Shown here: in pieces, positions 12,263 to 25,079 of the stretch
How the letters are laid out: every line of letters begins with the position of its first letter
How positions within the stretch are numbered: the stretch's first letter is position 1
Source of the DNA: Lama glama
Lineage: Eukaryota
Assembly (NCBI GenBank): GCA_028534125.1
Contig: CM052832.1
Span: 24,430,001 to 24,490,000 of the forward strand
Direction: 5' to 3'
DNA length: 60,000 bases
The notes under the pieces: generated by a model
Seen by the model: only the letters and a program-made list of their open reading frames with translations
Told to the model about the DNA's origin: nothing
The model's database searches: none
Program-made: the position numbers and the translations under genes

Positions 12263-14469
12263 TTGTAAATATGCAGTTTTTATAGTACTGAGAATCACTT
12301 ATGAACAGTGGTCACCTGGGAGAATAACTTAGAGGACCAGTCACATAGAGGAAAAATCTATTGTGAAGAATTTTAAAATATATCTGAATTATTTTCCTGC
12401 TCCTTATTTTTTTCTGGCCCAGAAATTCTTCTCTGTTTATGGGATTTTTCTGAAAATTTTCCAGTGAGGTCTGCTAACAATTGTCCACTCTCTGTTGAGC
12501 TAGAAACCACATGATTTTATAGTAAATATTGCCTCTGAGTAAACCTGGAATGACAGACGAAAGAAAAAGAATGTTGTCGTGTTTTATTTAATAATCCTCA
12601 TTTCAGGAGATTTGGGCAGAAATAGGAGGGAGTCTATACAAGCAACTAGAGTCAGGTAAGCGGGATGCTAAAAGATGGAGACTTTGCAATGGAAAAGGTG
12701 AAGCACAGTGAATCTCTCCAAAGTGTGGGCGAGCGTGCTGAAATTCCCTTTATGTTGCAGCCCATCTGCTTAATTAGTTTCTCTGTCTCTTAATCACAGA
12801 CTCCATGAAGTGTCTACTTGGCTTTTTTTTTTTTTTAGCATTTTATCTTAATCTCCTACAAAAGTGAATGAAAGGAAATCAAATGGATTAGATGCTCTTT
12901 GTGGGTATTCACGTGCATGTTGCAGGGTGGAACAAGCTATGTTTATGAGCGGATACTAACATGGGGGCGAATCTGGATGAATGTGAGTGTATTTGTGTGT
13001 TGCACTCATGAATTAATGTGCATTTGTGTGGGTATCCATAGACACAGCCCGTATGTGCATCTGTTATATACACCCTAACATAGAAAAGACACATTGACAT
13101 TAATTAAACAGGGTGATATAAAATAGTGAAAGTAAAGTTCCTTTTGGCAGCATTTACTATTATAATTAAAGTATGTGATGTAACATCGTGTGCAGGAGAG
13201 TTTGCTTATTCATCCTTTAGAACAATAGTAGGAGTTAAATATTAACAGGTTTAAGTGTCAATAAGTGTCTAAAAACACACTTTCTCTGTTGTGTGCAGGT
13301 CTTGCAATGCAGACGTGTCTCTGCTTGCTTGGAATTCAAAATGCTTTGGAGAAAAAATGTTGCAGAGTGTAATTTGTGGCAGAAAATGTGCCCCGATTGT
13401 TTGTTTATTATTCCTGGGAGTGTTTGCAGGGCAGAAGTATCACATGTGGAAAAGAACAGCTCTGTTCGGAAAATACAGTAGAAGCGGTGCAAGAAAATTG
13501 AATTAAGTAAAGAAACTTAGTCCGTCTTTGATTGATGATGCTTCTTATTTGCTCTTCATTATTCCCTGTAAAGGAATAAAAACTATGAAATTGGATTTGA
13601 AAACTGGGTTAAGACAAATGGCTTCTCAGAATTTTTTTACCTTAAGTGTTTGCAATTTTTCTAGTAAAGCACAAAGTCACTATATAAAGAGTCTATGTTT
13701 ACTACATTAAATCTTCCCAAAAAGTGTGCCCTTGAGGTTTGATTTTAGGAATTAGTTTAGAAGATACAGAGGCATGGTGTACCTGTTAACTGTGTGATAG
13801 TATTCGTCTCTAGATGTTTTATGTGCCCACACACTTTTTATAGGGTGAGCAATGGAGTAAAAAAGGGGGTAAAATACTGTTTTTCTTAAGAAAGTCTTTC
13901 CTACCTACCCATCACCCTCCCTTTTCTTCTCCAGGTAAATTTAGTATACAGGTTTCCCCCATCTCTGAAAGTAGAGCGTTCCTAGGAAACCTTTTGTAAG
14001 TCGAAATGGCTTAAAGCAAAGAAGCAATGACCTTAGGACACATCTTGCTAACGGCTGCACAAAGTAAATCGAGACAAAGCACAGATGCTCGAGGACACAG
14101 TTCAGAGCTCTGGCGTCTGGAGGCTGAGATGCCGAATGCGGTTCCCAGGAAGGAGCATGGTGGGGCCGCTCTTGCTGCTGGGGGTGCACGCGGCTCTGTA
14201 ACAGCTGCTGCAAAAGCCACTGCGAAACTGTTCTCGTTTTTTGCCTGTTTTCTTAAAAGCCCTAATCCTCTTTGGATTTCTTTCTGTTAGCAAAAACAGG
14301 TGCTAATGTAGGTCTCTCGTAAAAGCGAGCTGTCATAATGCGAACTGTTGAAAAGTGGGGGGTACTTGTACTTTCCAAATACTTTTATCAGAGACTCATA
14401 GCTGTTCACGTGAATCTCTGTTAACAAGGCCATAAACTGCTTGAAAAGAGGAGCTGTTTTATTTATTGT

Positions 14470-14532
14470 CACTCTGGCGCCTAAAACAAGGCGCTAAACA
14501 TAGTTTGTTGAATGAATAAATGAATGAGTGAA
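14470..14532 (+). mobile_element. L2 3' terminus
   Basis: gtttgttgaatgaataaatgaatgagtgaat tail. Confidence 0.6.
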
Positions 14533-14599
14533 TCCATCTATGAATCAGACGTCTGCTGTGCACTAATCATTGTCTTAGACACAATGGACCATGTGTAAG

Positions 14600-15905
14600 A
14601 AGTACAAGACATGGTCATGTCTGCTCTGAAGTGGTACAAAACCTAGCAGAGTGTTAGAACAACTTGAATAATAAAACAAATACTGGATTATAACCCAAAG
14701 AATAAAATAAATAATCATGAGTCCACACTGCTGTAAATACATGAATAAATAAGGCAAAAAAAGACAACTTCCTTACAGAAGAATTCCAATTAATACATTA
14801 GACCATCAGAATAAGCATCGTTAGAACCCATAGTAATGATTGCCACAGGAAAGTTCCACTGATGAATGCTAGAATCAATGGGCAAAAGTTTAAGCAGAAA
14901 CAGGATATTTGTAGAGTTTTGAAGTATTCTCCTTCCAAAATACTTAGTAATTACTGGTATTAATTACCGTCATTTAGTAATTACAAATTATTTAGTAATT
15001 TAGTAAATCCTGGCAGACGTCGCCTTAACTAAGTGATCGGGGTGAACGCCGCCAGTAATACATATTGGCATCATCATGTGCCCCATCATATGAAGTGCTA
15101 AGAAGGGCACACCACCTCTGTGGTCCTTCCTAGTAACGTATAATCTCACTCTCATCAAGAGAAAATATCAGTCAAGCCCTGTCAAACTAGTACTGCTCAA
15201 AAGTGTCAAGGTTCTTCAAAGAAAAGGAAAGACTGAGGAACGGCCAGTCTAGATTGGAATGGCTAGACTGGAAGAAACTGAAAAGACCTGGCAGCTAAAT
15301 GCAAGGTGAAATCTGAGATGGGATCCTGAGACAGAGAAAGGACATCAGTGGAAGCACTGGTGATGCCCTGGTCCATTCTGTGGTTTAGTTAGTACTGACC
15401 AAGGTTAATTTCCTTATTTTGACCATTGTTCTTTATTGTATCTTGTCTTATGTTTAAGTCTTTGACCCATTTTCAGTTTATTTTTGCGTATGGTGTAAGG
15501 GAGTGTTCTAGCTTCATTGATTTACATGCTGCTGTCCGGTTTTCCCAACTCCATTTGCTGAAGAGACTATCTTTATTCCATTACATATTCTTGCCTCCTT
15601 TGTTGAAGATTAGTTGACCAAAAGTATGTGGGTTCATTCCTGGGCTCTCTATTCTGTTCCATTGGTCCATATGTCTGTTTTTGTACCAATGCCATGCTGT
15701 TTTGATTACTGTAACTCTATAGTATTGTCTGAAGTCTGGGAGAGTTATTCCTCCAGCCTCTTTTTCTTCAGTAATGTTTTGGCAATTCTAGGTCTTTTGA
15801 CCATTGTTCTTCAGTCATGGAAGATGTTGACTTAAGAAGAAGCCACGTGGAGGGTCCAAGAGAATGCTACTGTTTTTGCAACTCTCTGTAAATCTGGAAT
15901 TATCT
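14600..15905 (+). mobile_element. Old L1MC/ME-like 3'UTR fragment, interrupted by a younger L1
   Basis: cctggcagacgtcgccttaactaagtgatc, ctcaaaagtgtcaagg, aaagactgaggaac, gctaaatgcaa, gggatcctgagacagagaaaggacatcagtgg. It resumes after 15811 (aagatgttgac...tttgcaactctctgtaaatctggaattat). Confidence 0.8.
15434..15794 (-). mobile_element. Younger L1 ORF2 internal fragment with 17-bp TSD
   Basis: Minus strand translates as ...[39 protein letters not shown]...[20 protein letters not shown]...[21 protein letters not shown] (C-terminal half of L1 ORF2p, disabled). Flanked by ttttgaccattgttctt at 15417-15433 and 15795-15811. Confidence 0.93.
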
Positions 15906-16049
15906 TAATGAAATCTAGTTGAGGATGCAGTCCCAATCCACAGGAAGCCAAGTGCAGAGCCATACGTGATTGTACGGGTTAGAACGTGCAATGGAGGGGT
16001 CAGCTCTGGGCTGAGTGGATGTTGTGGGGAATGAGAGATGCTGGGGATT

Positions 16050-16670
16050 GGCTCGGTCAGGAGGAGTTTCATACAGAAGGAAAACTTAATTTGCACCTTG
16101 AAAAGAGGGGTAGAGATGATGGGTGGGCACACAGACAGGTTATTCTAGGTACGGACAGCAGGACAAAGGCATGAGAGAGGGATGCAGGTGGCCTGTGTGG
16201 GATATGTTTTGGGAGGCTGGCTGAGTGATATGTGCATTTTTGCTGGGGATCAGTGTGAAAGAAAACTGGGTAGCTTTGGGGAAGACAGAGCGTAGAGGAT
16301 CATGAAGACCTGGCAGACGAGTTTGAAGTTCGTAGGGTGAGTGATGCAGGGGTACAAGGTCTTGCTCAAGGAAGTGGCTCAGTGACAGGATATATATCAA
16401 TTGGTGATGGGGTACCCAGGGTGGCTGGAGTTGGGAAAGATGGAGGTCGGTGGTTTAAGGGTTAGAAATAGGTAATGAGAGCCTATTCCTTTGAGGCCTG
16501 GGTTGGGGAGGGTAGGGAGTCAGAAAAGAGAGAGTAAGCAACGTATGCAAAAGCGTTTGAGGAGGTAGAATCATAGACCACAGTGACTGATGAATGAGCA
16601 TGAAGGAAGGGTTGTCAATGGTGATGGTTCCCGGGTCAAGCATACAGACAGGCGGTACTGGTGTCCCTAA
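16050..16670 (-). mobile_element. Decayed L2 body
   Basis: Purine-rich, L2-like motifs (ttgcaccttgaaaagagg, ggacaaaggcatgag, aaggaagggttgtcaatggtgatgg). Confidence 0.5.
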
Positions 16671-17699
16671 TTGAAATCATTCAGCAGCTATGTGAGTGCC
16701 TACATTGGAGAATTATTTATTCTAGGTAAATAAAGAGGATTAAAAAGAGTATAAACACAATGTCTGCCTACAGTGAGACATGGAGCAGGGAAGTCCATGG
16801 CTTGAGGTGGACTGAGGTCAGACCCACCAAAGGGTTCCCCGTCCTCCAAATAAAAAGAAGGGGGGATTTCTGTATTTTTGACAACAGCCATGAACAGCGT
16901 TAGAGACCTGACAACTAAATGCTGGCATTTCTCTCTCTGCTTGAGAAAGATGTCACGCCTACCATTCAGACTCAACTCACACAAAAGCCTCTCTAGTGAA
17001 TCACCATTTTTCCTCAGGAAAAGCCCGCACGTGCCACTGTAACTCTGCCGAGGTAGAGGTCCCTGGGTCCCCGAGGTCCCAAACATGAAAGCTAAAATAC
17101 CACACAGGCCCAGTGAGCTTGACAGGAGAAGAAGCAGGAAAAGTAGGCTGTGTGCTTAGTGTGCGCTCCTAGTCTTCAGGCGCGATGTCTTTTTTGACGT
17201 GTTTGGTGTCATGTCACCCATTTGAGAGAAACTCTGGAAAGTGACTCCTTGGCCCCCTTTATGGCCCCGCTGTGGAAACACGTGTGTTCAGACTGGCAGG
17301 GTAAAGAATCTTCTTACGTCCTTTTTAAATGGTGTATGGACTTCACAGCATTTTTTCATAGGGAACATACTTCAAACTTGTAATTGTAGTCAGTGGTTCC
17401 ACAGCCTCATATACGCCAGTCAGTCTTCCTTCCTTCCCAAGAGCAGCTGAAGCTTTTGAGTGCTTTTACCACAGGGGGTGCCTGGTTTCCTTTTGGCTGC
17501 AGAAGTGGGAGTCGCATGCTGACCTCGGGGAACCATTCTGAGCTCGTTCCCCAAAAAAGTTGCAAGCTGAAGGCAGGAAGAATGCCTGCTCTGTAACCAT
17601 CAGCAGGGTTCCGTAAGGACTGGGAAACCAGTCCCGCCATCCATTACACACATAATCAAACAGGTTAATTCAGTATTTCTTAAGTGCGTGACTGCTTAA

Positions 17700-18135
17700 C
17701 CCAGTGGGCCCTTCAGAGATGCAGCGTAGAGATGAGTCTGGAAAGTGCCAGAAAACTGCAGTGGAAGGAGCAAGGCTATAAAGCCAAGTTTTAGGGTTAG
17801 ACAAAACCTGTTTAAATTTACACTAGAGTTTTATTGTACCCTATAAGGACTCAATTATGAAATAAGGGAGGTATTTACAGAGCAAGAGGTGGGGGATGGT
17901 TACAGATTCTTTCCCTTCCTCACCCTCATCTTTCCTTGGTCTCCCTCTTCCCTTTTCCCATTCAAAGTAAACTGAATGAATGGATGAGAGAATCACTGAT
18001 TGGTATCAAAGAGGGGCTAAGAGCTCAGTTGTTAACGTAACTTGAAATGTTGACTGAGAGAGGGCCGGAGATCTTCAGGGACCTTAGAAGACCTCTGCTA
18101 AATCCGATGACTGCCAGCCAGGCTGCTTTTAACGA
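17700..18135 (-). mobile_element. Possible ancient LTR remnant
   Basis: Reverse-strand poly(A) signal (ttttattg ~17829) and CCAAT (tgattgg ~17998) in LTR-like order; family not recognised. Confidence 0.3.
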
Positions 18136-18479
18136 AATTCACGTGATGCCACTTCTGTAAATTTTGTCATAAAAATGATACCATCCTAGTTTTCTTGTTT
18201 TCCAGCACACATACTTCTGCGGCTCTAACCTACTACGAAATTGGGAAATAATAGGAAAAAGCCTTCTCAGCAAAGAGAAAAATGACAGACCAGAAATCCT
18301 GCACTTGACCCTGTAGATGAGGCCCTGAGATACCTACCTAGCGCCCTATTGGCTTAGAAGGACAGGCAAAGTAAGGTTAATGATTTAACAAGTTTATTTA
18401 TCCAGTTCCCCAAGTAGATTAAAAGGAGTAAGAAGGCTCTCTAGTGTTAAATGTAGGGACCACAGTGAAGGACAGAGAA

Positions 18480-18855
18480 AAACTAGAAAAACTCAAAGCA
18501 TTATAAAATCTCAGTGGTGGGGGGGCCATTTAGTATGGAGACAGACCAACTCAGTGGATTATGCAGGGTGGATGCAGGAGTCCTTCCATCTCATGGCTCA
18601 GCCATTCCCTGGAGTCACTGGGAGACCTTAAAGATCTTCTGCAGCCATTTGGTCAGCAGTTGGGGAAAGAGAGAGTGACTGTCCTCATCAGAGGTTTGTT
18701 AGTGGATGTGGCATACCTGGTTCTCCTTCACGTTCCCCTGTCCGGAATTTAGTCACATGGACATACCTAACTGCAAGTAAAGCTGGGGAATGTCAGCCTC
18801 TATGTCAGGGAAGCCCGTTTGTTGAACACAAACAGCTAGCTTGAGAGCTGTCACT
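18480..18855 (-). mobile_element. MaLR LTR (MLT1J/K/L-like)
   Basis: ttagtcacatggacatacctaactgcaagtaaagctggggaatgtcagcct, a characteristic MLT1 motif. Confidence 0.7.
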
Positions 18856-18914
18856 ACTAGAATTTGTCTACATTATGGGCTTAATAGCTCTTGTTTGCCT
18901 TCCTACAAAAGCAA

Positions 18915-19023
18915 GCCCTATTTATAACATCGTTTCTCTGAGAAAATGAGTTTGGAGTTCCAAACAACTGACTTACAAATGAACTTTATGTACACACCTC
19001 ATTCATAAATTGAGAACTGCCTG
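18915..19023. mobile_element. TcMar-Tigger-like DNA transposon end
   Basis: gacttacaaatgaacttt...cattcataaattgagaactgcctg followed by TA (Tigger-type terminal repeat plus TA target). Confidence 0.6.
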
Positions 19024-22000
19024 TATGAGGCATGTAACCCACAGATAACATTTATCTCTGCTCTATCAGTATGTGCCTGTCAAGTTAACTTATGTTTTTT
19101 CTCTGCCTTCATTTGGGTGATAGTCTCGCTCTTAAAAATTTAATACTGCCTTTATGTGTTGAGAAACATTTCCTTTGGAGGTGCCTCAAATATTCTTGTG
19201 AATTGAAATAGTGGTTTTATTTTATCTCCCAATTTATCTTCAGTAGGATTGGTGGCTATGAAAATCTTTTGTGCAAGCAGTATTTCAGTTGTAGAAAAAT
19301 TTGAGAACTATTTAAAGGAAGTAGGGGGAAAAAGGAATTCTTTTCTTATATTACCCTGGGCTGTCAGATATCTTGCAATATAATTACTGTGTTGGTTCGT
19401 AAAGGTTAAAGAACTCTGAAGTTTCTAATTCTCTTTTTTGTGTGCGTTCCACACATAAAGGGAAAAATCTGACAGATTGAAGCAAAGTGCCTTGTTAACA
19501 TAAAAGTTCTGGGCGTCTGATAGTTTGTCAACACAGCAACACAATTGGTGGATTTTATATTTGCTTTTACAGATACCTGATGAACCTGTTACTTGCTCCA
19601 TGGAGCCCATTTGCAGATTACAAACCTTCTTTATTTCAGATCTGTATGTACATGTAACGTGTGCACAGATGTATTCTTTTAGCATCAAGTTGTCAAACAA
19701 AAAGGTAGAACCCTGGTCTTAGAATTGCTCCTTCTTAGGCAACTTACTCTCCATATACAAGTAAAATTTTCTGCCTTTAGCAGAGCCTCTGACAATGATC
19801 ACAGACGTTACTGGTGCTGTGAGGAGGGAGAAATAGAAAGCCTAGGACTGTAAGCTTGTCCTAGTTAGACTGTCAGGGCGAAGTGCTCCCGTATTAAAAG
19901 GAATACTTCCCTCCCACCCAACCCTGAACGTGCAGGGGCACCCCTGCAATGTTAAGAAACTGTTTCAGCTGTTAATTCTGATTTGTACTTGCAGGTCCAT
20001 ATTTTGATGCTTGTGTAGTTAAAATTTAGTGAATAGCAGTGATGTTTGATGATCGCTCCCTTCTGTTTAAAACAGTACTGAAGCCCCTGTAAGAAACATT
20101 TCCTTTTAGTTTTAAGTTTATATATTTTGTTGTATCTCTTGATGGTGTTTCTTTACTGTCAAAACTATGAGACTAATTTTGATGCCATGATCTTTCTGCC
20201 ATCCCCAGTCTGCAGTCAGTTTCCCCCAAATTGTCCTCATGGATTCCAGATCACCTTTATGTTAAATGCTCTGCAGTTGACTAATACCTTTGAAAGGGTT
20301 TTACAGAAATTGAACAGTAACGCTGTGGTTTAATACACAGAAGCCGACAGCACTGTGAAAGAAAGCACTTTTGGGACCGTAGAGAACTATATAAAAGTGA
20401 AGCATTTCAGTTCAGTACTCTCAGGTTCCTACTGCGCATTGACTGTCAAAACATATGAAAGACAACTTATATTTTCCCATAAGTACCTCTGATGCTGTTA
20501 TGAGAAGTCAGCTAGGTAGAAGTTAGTCCAGTACTGCAGGAGGGTACTTAGGGACAGCCAAGTGTTCTAAGATGCCAACAAAAATCATTAAGGGGGAACC
20601 CTTGAAGCCACCTCTTTAAGACCCCACAAGAAACATGGTACCATCTGAATACTTTTACTCAATCCAAGCAAAAGCAGAAGAACATGTTGGACTTATTACA
20701 TCCGGATGCAAAAGCATGAAATGCTGAGTGTAGAGTATGTCGTTAAGTGTAACGGATTTATGTTTTATGACCGGCTCAAGTTTACAGATTTCCAGATGCC
20801 TAGAGACACATGAAAGCTGTATTCTTGTTATTCAACTTAAATCTTGTGTAAACTGCTCTTAGTTTTCAGTGTCATGAAAAATCCTTCCTCTCTTTCTAGA
20901 CACCTCCCCCCAGCCCCCTGCCAGCCTAGATTCATGCACTTACCAGCTCTGATAGCGCTTGGATTCATTTGTAGATTATGTACACTTAATGGGGTTGGCA
21001 TCTTTTCATGGAAATTGGGCCCAGTGGGCTATTTTATAGTCAGCCAATGTGCTTGCCTCGGTAAAGTTTATGCTTTATAGCTGACACGCCATTGACCAGA
21101 GTAACGTGTTATAAAACATGATGCTTTATCATTTGTTTTACCTTTTGTCCTGAACGCTGAGGCTGACACATGAAGAGATGTTACTAACATTTCAGAAGAC
21201 TTTATTAACCCCATGAATTAAAATGGTTTACAGGGAAATTCTTTGAGTGGTGCTTTCATATTTGATTCCTGGACTGTTCACACAACAAAGGCATTTTTTT
21301 TGTGTGGCTGTGGGCAAAAGCCAGCATCACCCAGAGACCCTCAGAGTCATGTGGAAATAGTAACAATAATAATCATAATTATTATTACTGTGATGATGAT
21401 TATTGTTGCAAATGAATAAATCAGCATTCTGATTTTTAACTTCAGTATTCCCTTAAAACCACTGTTGACTTTCATGAAGAAGATTGGCTTCCTGGCACCA
21501 GTATTGTGAGGTTACTTTTTAGGCAATTATTGGCTTGTTTATCAGATAAATCAAACATCAAATGGACTGTGGGGAATGGTTTTTCAATACTTTCTCCTTG
21601 CAGTTTGTTCCTTAAAGAAAACAGTGTTGCCTGTTCAGTGGAGTAGTTTGGAGGAAGCATCGCTTTTAGGGACTCTGTTCTCGTGATGTGGAGAAGCGGA
21701 AATCTAATGCTTCCGAGCCCTTGCTGCGTAGTTTTCAGGAGCTTCAAACTGGGTATAAAAAGCCCGTCCACCTTAAAGCGTTGGCCTGTGAAAGATCAAG
21801 CAGAGATTGATTTTTACCCACCGTGCTCCCGGGGACACAGAATGTAGTAGCTGAGACTGAAAGAAGCAGAGAGAAAGAAGAGAAATAACCTGCCGGCGCC
21901 CGCCTGAGAAGGTCTCCAGCGGAGGCGGATCGATACCTTCTGATATTCACAAGTGACTGAAGTGCTGGAATTCTCCGTTTCATGAGCTCTGCCCATCGGG

Positions 22001-22076
22001 ACCTCTCAGGGGAGATGGAGGGTCTTTAGTCAGGAGATGGGAAACAGGCAGCATTAAGAACTGTACAGCTAACATT

Positions 22077-22573
22077 CTTTTCTTAAAAAAAGTACAATCA
22101 GTGCTTTTTACTATATTCATAGAATTGTGCAACTGTCTGACCACAGTCCATTTTAGAACATTTTCATCACCCCCCAAAGAAACCCTGCACCCATTAACAG
22201 TCAGTTCCCATTTTCCTCCAGTCCTTCACCCCCAGCTCCTGGAAAGCACAAGTCTGTTTGCTTTACATATAGCTTTGACTCTTCTAGACATTTCATATAA
22301 ATGGAATCACACGACGCGTGGACTTCCGTGCCTGGCTTCTTTCACTTGGCGGATCGTTGTCTTCAAGGTCCGGCCACATTGTAGTTCATTATCAGTGCTC
22401 AGTCCTTGTTGTGATAATGATATTCCATTGTATGGTTAGACCGCATTTTGTTTATCCACCCATGAGTTGATGGTCACTTGAGTTGTTTCCGCTTTTTGGC
22501 CACGATGACTAATGCTGCTGTGAATGTTCCTGAGCAAGCTTTTGTCTGGACGTGTTTTCATTGCTCTGGTTAG
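22077..22573 (-). mobile_element. L1MB-like 3'UTR fragment
   Basis: ttttagaacattttcatcacccccaaagaaaccctgcacccatt...gacatttcatataaatggaatca...tattccattgtatgg...aatgctgctgtgaa. Confidence 0.9.
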
Positions 22574-22779
22574 CGAATTTTTAAGCAGTTATAAATTAAG
22601 ATAGTGAATGATTTTTTCTCCCTTTGTACGTTTGTTTGCTTCACTGCTGTTTCTTCTCTATTCTTACCCATCTCACTCTCCTAAAAATAATTTACTTGAG
22701 TATGGAGTTGCAGAGGAGTAAGGACATCAATTCACTTTTACTCATCGTGAACCATCAGCCTCTCTCCTGAGCATCCTGT

Positions 22780-22945
22780 GTGTGTCACGGTGTTTCTCAG
22801 AGAGCGCTCGCTTTACAGGTGTGACAGCTGAGGTTTAAAGGGGCTCTGTCGAGCCTGAAGCCGTTCAGCTGGGCAGCCGGAGGAGCTGGGATCTGGGCCC
22901 ATATCTATTTTACTCTTAGTCATGGTGCTCCCTGTTGCCTCCCTC
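22780..22945 (-). mobile_element. MIR fragment
   Basis: ctttacaggtgtgacagctgaggtttaaag...ggagctgggatctgggccc. Confidence 0.55.
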
Positions 22946-25079
22946 ATGATATATTTGATAACTCAGGTCATGCACCTGTCCATCTCTCTGGGAATTCTCT
23001 TTCATATGAGCCCTTCTCTGATTGGGTCATGAAAAGTAAGGAATATAGTTCAAAGACTCTTCGTCGCAGGCCCTTGGACCTGGAGCATCTGTATTCCCCT
23101 GACAAAATGATTGTGGGATGTTCCCTGTGTGTTTGAGTGAGGGCATCATGGAAGCTGGGTGCTAGCTGGGGGTGGGGGGGGCAGTTCAGCCTGACTCTTC
23201 CAACTCTTGCCCTCCCGTTTCTGTCTCCTCACCTTAAGACTTCCTCTCTCCTTCATGTCAGCCACCTGCAAATACCGCTACACCTACGACCCATGTATCA
23301 ATTTGAACCAACATCCATTGGAGCTTTCCAGAATTTGAAATCTCAGACTCTGCCAGTCCCCTCTCTGGTCGCAGCCTCCTGGCCCCCTGCTCTCCCTCCC
23401 TTCCGCTGCACCCAGTCATCCCCCTCACTCTTTCAGCCTCCTTCAGGCTTTGCTGTCTCCCTACCCAGCCCAGGTCTCATGGTTTTTATGTTTCACTGTG
23501 CTTTCTCAATAGCTGAGTGTCATGCAGTCCTTTCCAGGCACCAATGCTGGGTGATCCCCGCTTGCTCAGAGGTCCCCCAAACCAGTGCATTGGTCCTGAT
23601 GTCAGTTCTCACTCTTTAGTTTGAGACGGGTCTTCATTGCTTCTCTTGCAGATGTGCTGGCACATTTCCCCTAGGACTTATTCTGAACTTTTCCCATTTC
23701 CAGAATTTACCGTGACTCCCACCGTCTATGGAAGAACATTTATTTATTCCTCTTGCTGTTTGAGAATTTCAGGGGACCTGGACGTGAGCTCTTCACCTCT
23801 CTCCTTTCCCCTTCAGTTTTGTGCATCACCACCGTCCCGCTGTCTTAGACGTACGGTGGCTCTGAGCTCTTAATGTCAGAGGTACCACATGCCGGATAAC
23901 TGAGGCCTCAAGAATTCAGAGGAATTTTTCTGAAGTCCAGCTGGGTGGGAAGGCAGAGTTTTGCAGGGTGTTTCTTAAAATTCTTTTGATTTTATTTCTT
24001 CAACAGTTTCTCTAAGCTGTGAACAAGCCACGCTCGTGGCTCACGCCCATTCTCGCCTCTGTGAACAGAGGAGAAGAGGGCCTGAAAGGTGTTATTTTCT
24101 CATCTGTGAAAGAGGACATTGACATCTTTGACTGAACTAAAGTTGGGGATTAACCTGTGAATTTCAACCACCCCTACCCTCCATCCTATCAGGTGGACCA
24201 TGGAAGATTGATGGTAATGGTTTAGGAAGGTCATAAGGGGGGAAAGGAAGCCTTGCCAGCTCTTTTGCGATGATAGATGTGTGTTTTCAAGGGCATCCAA
24301 AAAGTTCTGCTTAACGGGAGAGGTTAAAACCGTATAGATGTGCTGTCATCTCTGTGAGAAGGTTAAGATGAAAAGTTTTGTTTGAGCCCAGGATCCTGTA
24401 CTTTTACTGATCCATCACCACGGACCAGTCTGTCCTGCCTGAGCCCCCAGGACTCCTTCAAAGGGGAGGCGGAGAGGAGCCGGGCGGTGCCCATAAGCCT
24501 CCACTCTTTAATCCTTAGGCCTCCTCCCCTCCGGCCCGCTTAGAACAAGCACATAAGGGAATGTCTGATGAATTCACTGTAGAGTTTGTCAGGACGTTTT
24601 TACAGCTATTTTGTGCTAAATTCAACTGATGGCCAGTGGGAGACCTAACAATCCAGTAAATACAGATAGGCAAAATTGGTCTTTTTCTCTGAGAATGAAT
24701 TTAAACGAGCCTGTCTAGTTGGCACGTCTCCAGCTGCAGCAGAGGCCAAATTTAAGTGAATTACAAAGCCTGAATTATCCACTTGGTCTTGGAGGCAGCC
24801 CTACCCACTCCGAGGGGAGTGTGTTGGAGGTGGAGTCGTACCAAAGGCCCATGTATAGGAAGCATGGCTGAATGAATCCGTTTTGCCGAAGTTGACTCAG
24901 TCGCCTGGTTGATCCCTTGTGAGGGATTTTTTTGTAAGTTATTAATTTCTTTCTTAAATATACCTTCATCACAAATAACCGAATGAGCTCTCCAGCATTA
25001 GACCGCATATTTTGTCATTTTGTATTTCAGTTTTCCCTGTCATATTTGTTTCTGTTTCTTTTAACTAAAAGAATTAACT

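Noticed and set aside
15426..15835. ORFs overlapping the L1 insert
   Set aside because: They are antisense readings of a disabled L1 ORF2 fragment.
23137..23619. 160-aa Pro/Ser/Leu-rich ORF (similarly 8691-9122, 39376-39858, 53099-53563)
   Set aside because: Composition-driven open frames with non-ATG starts and no recognisable homology or exon structure.
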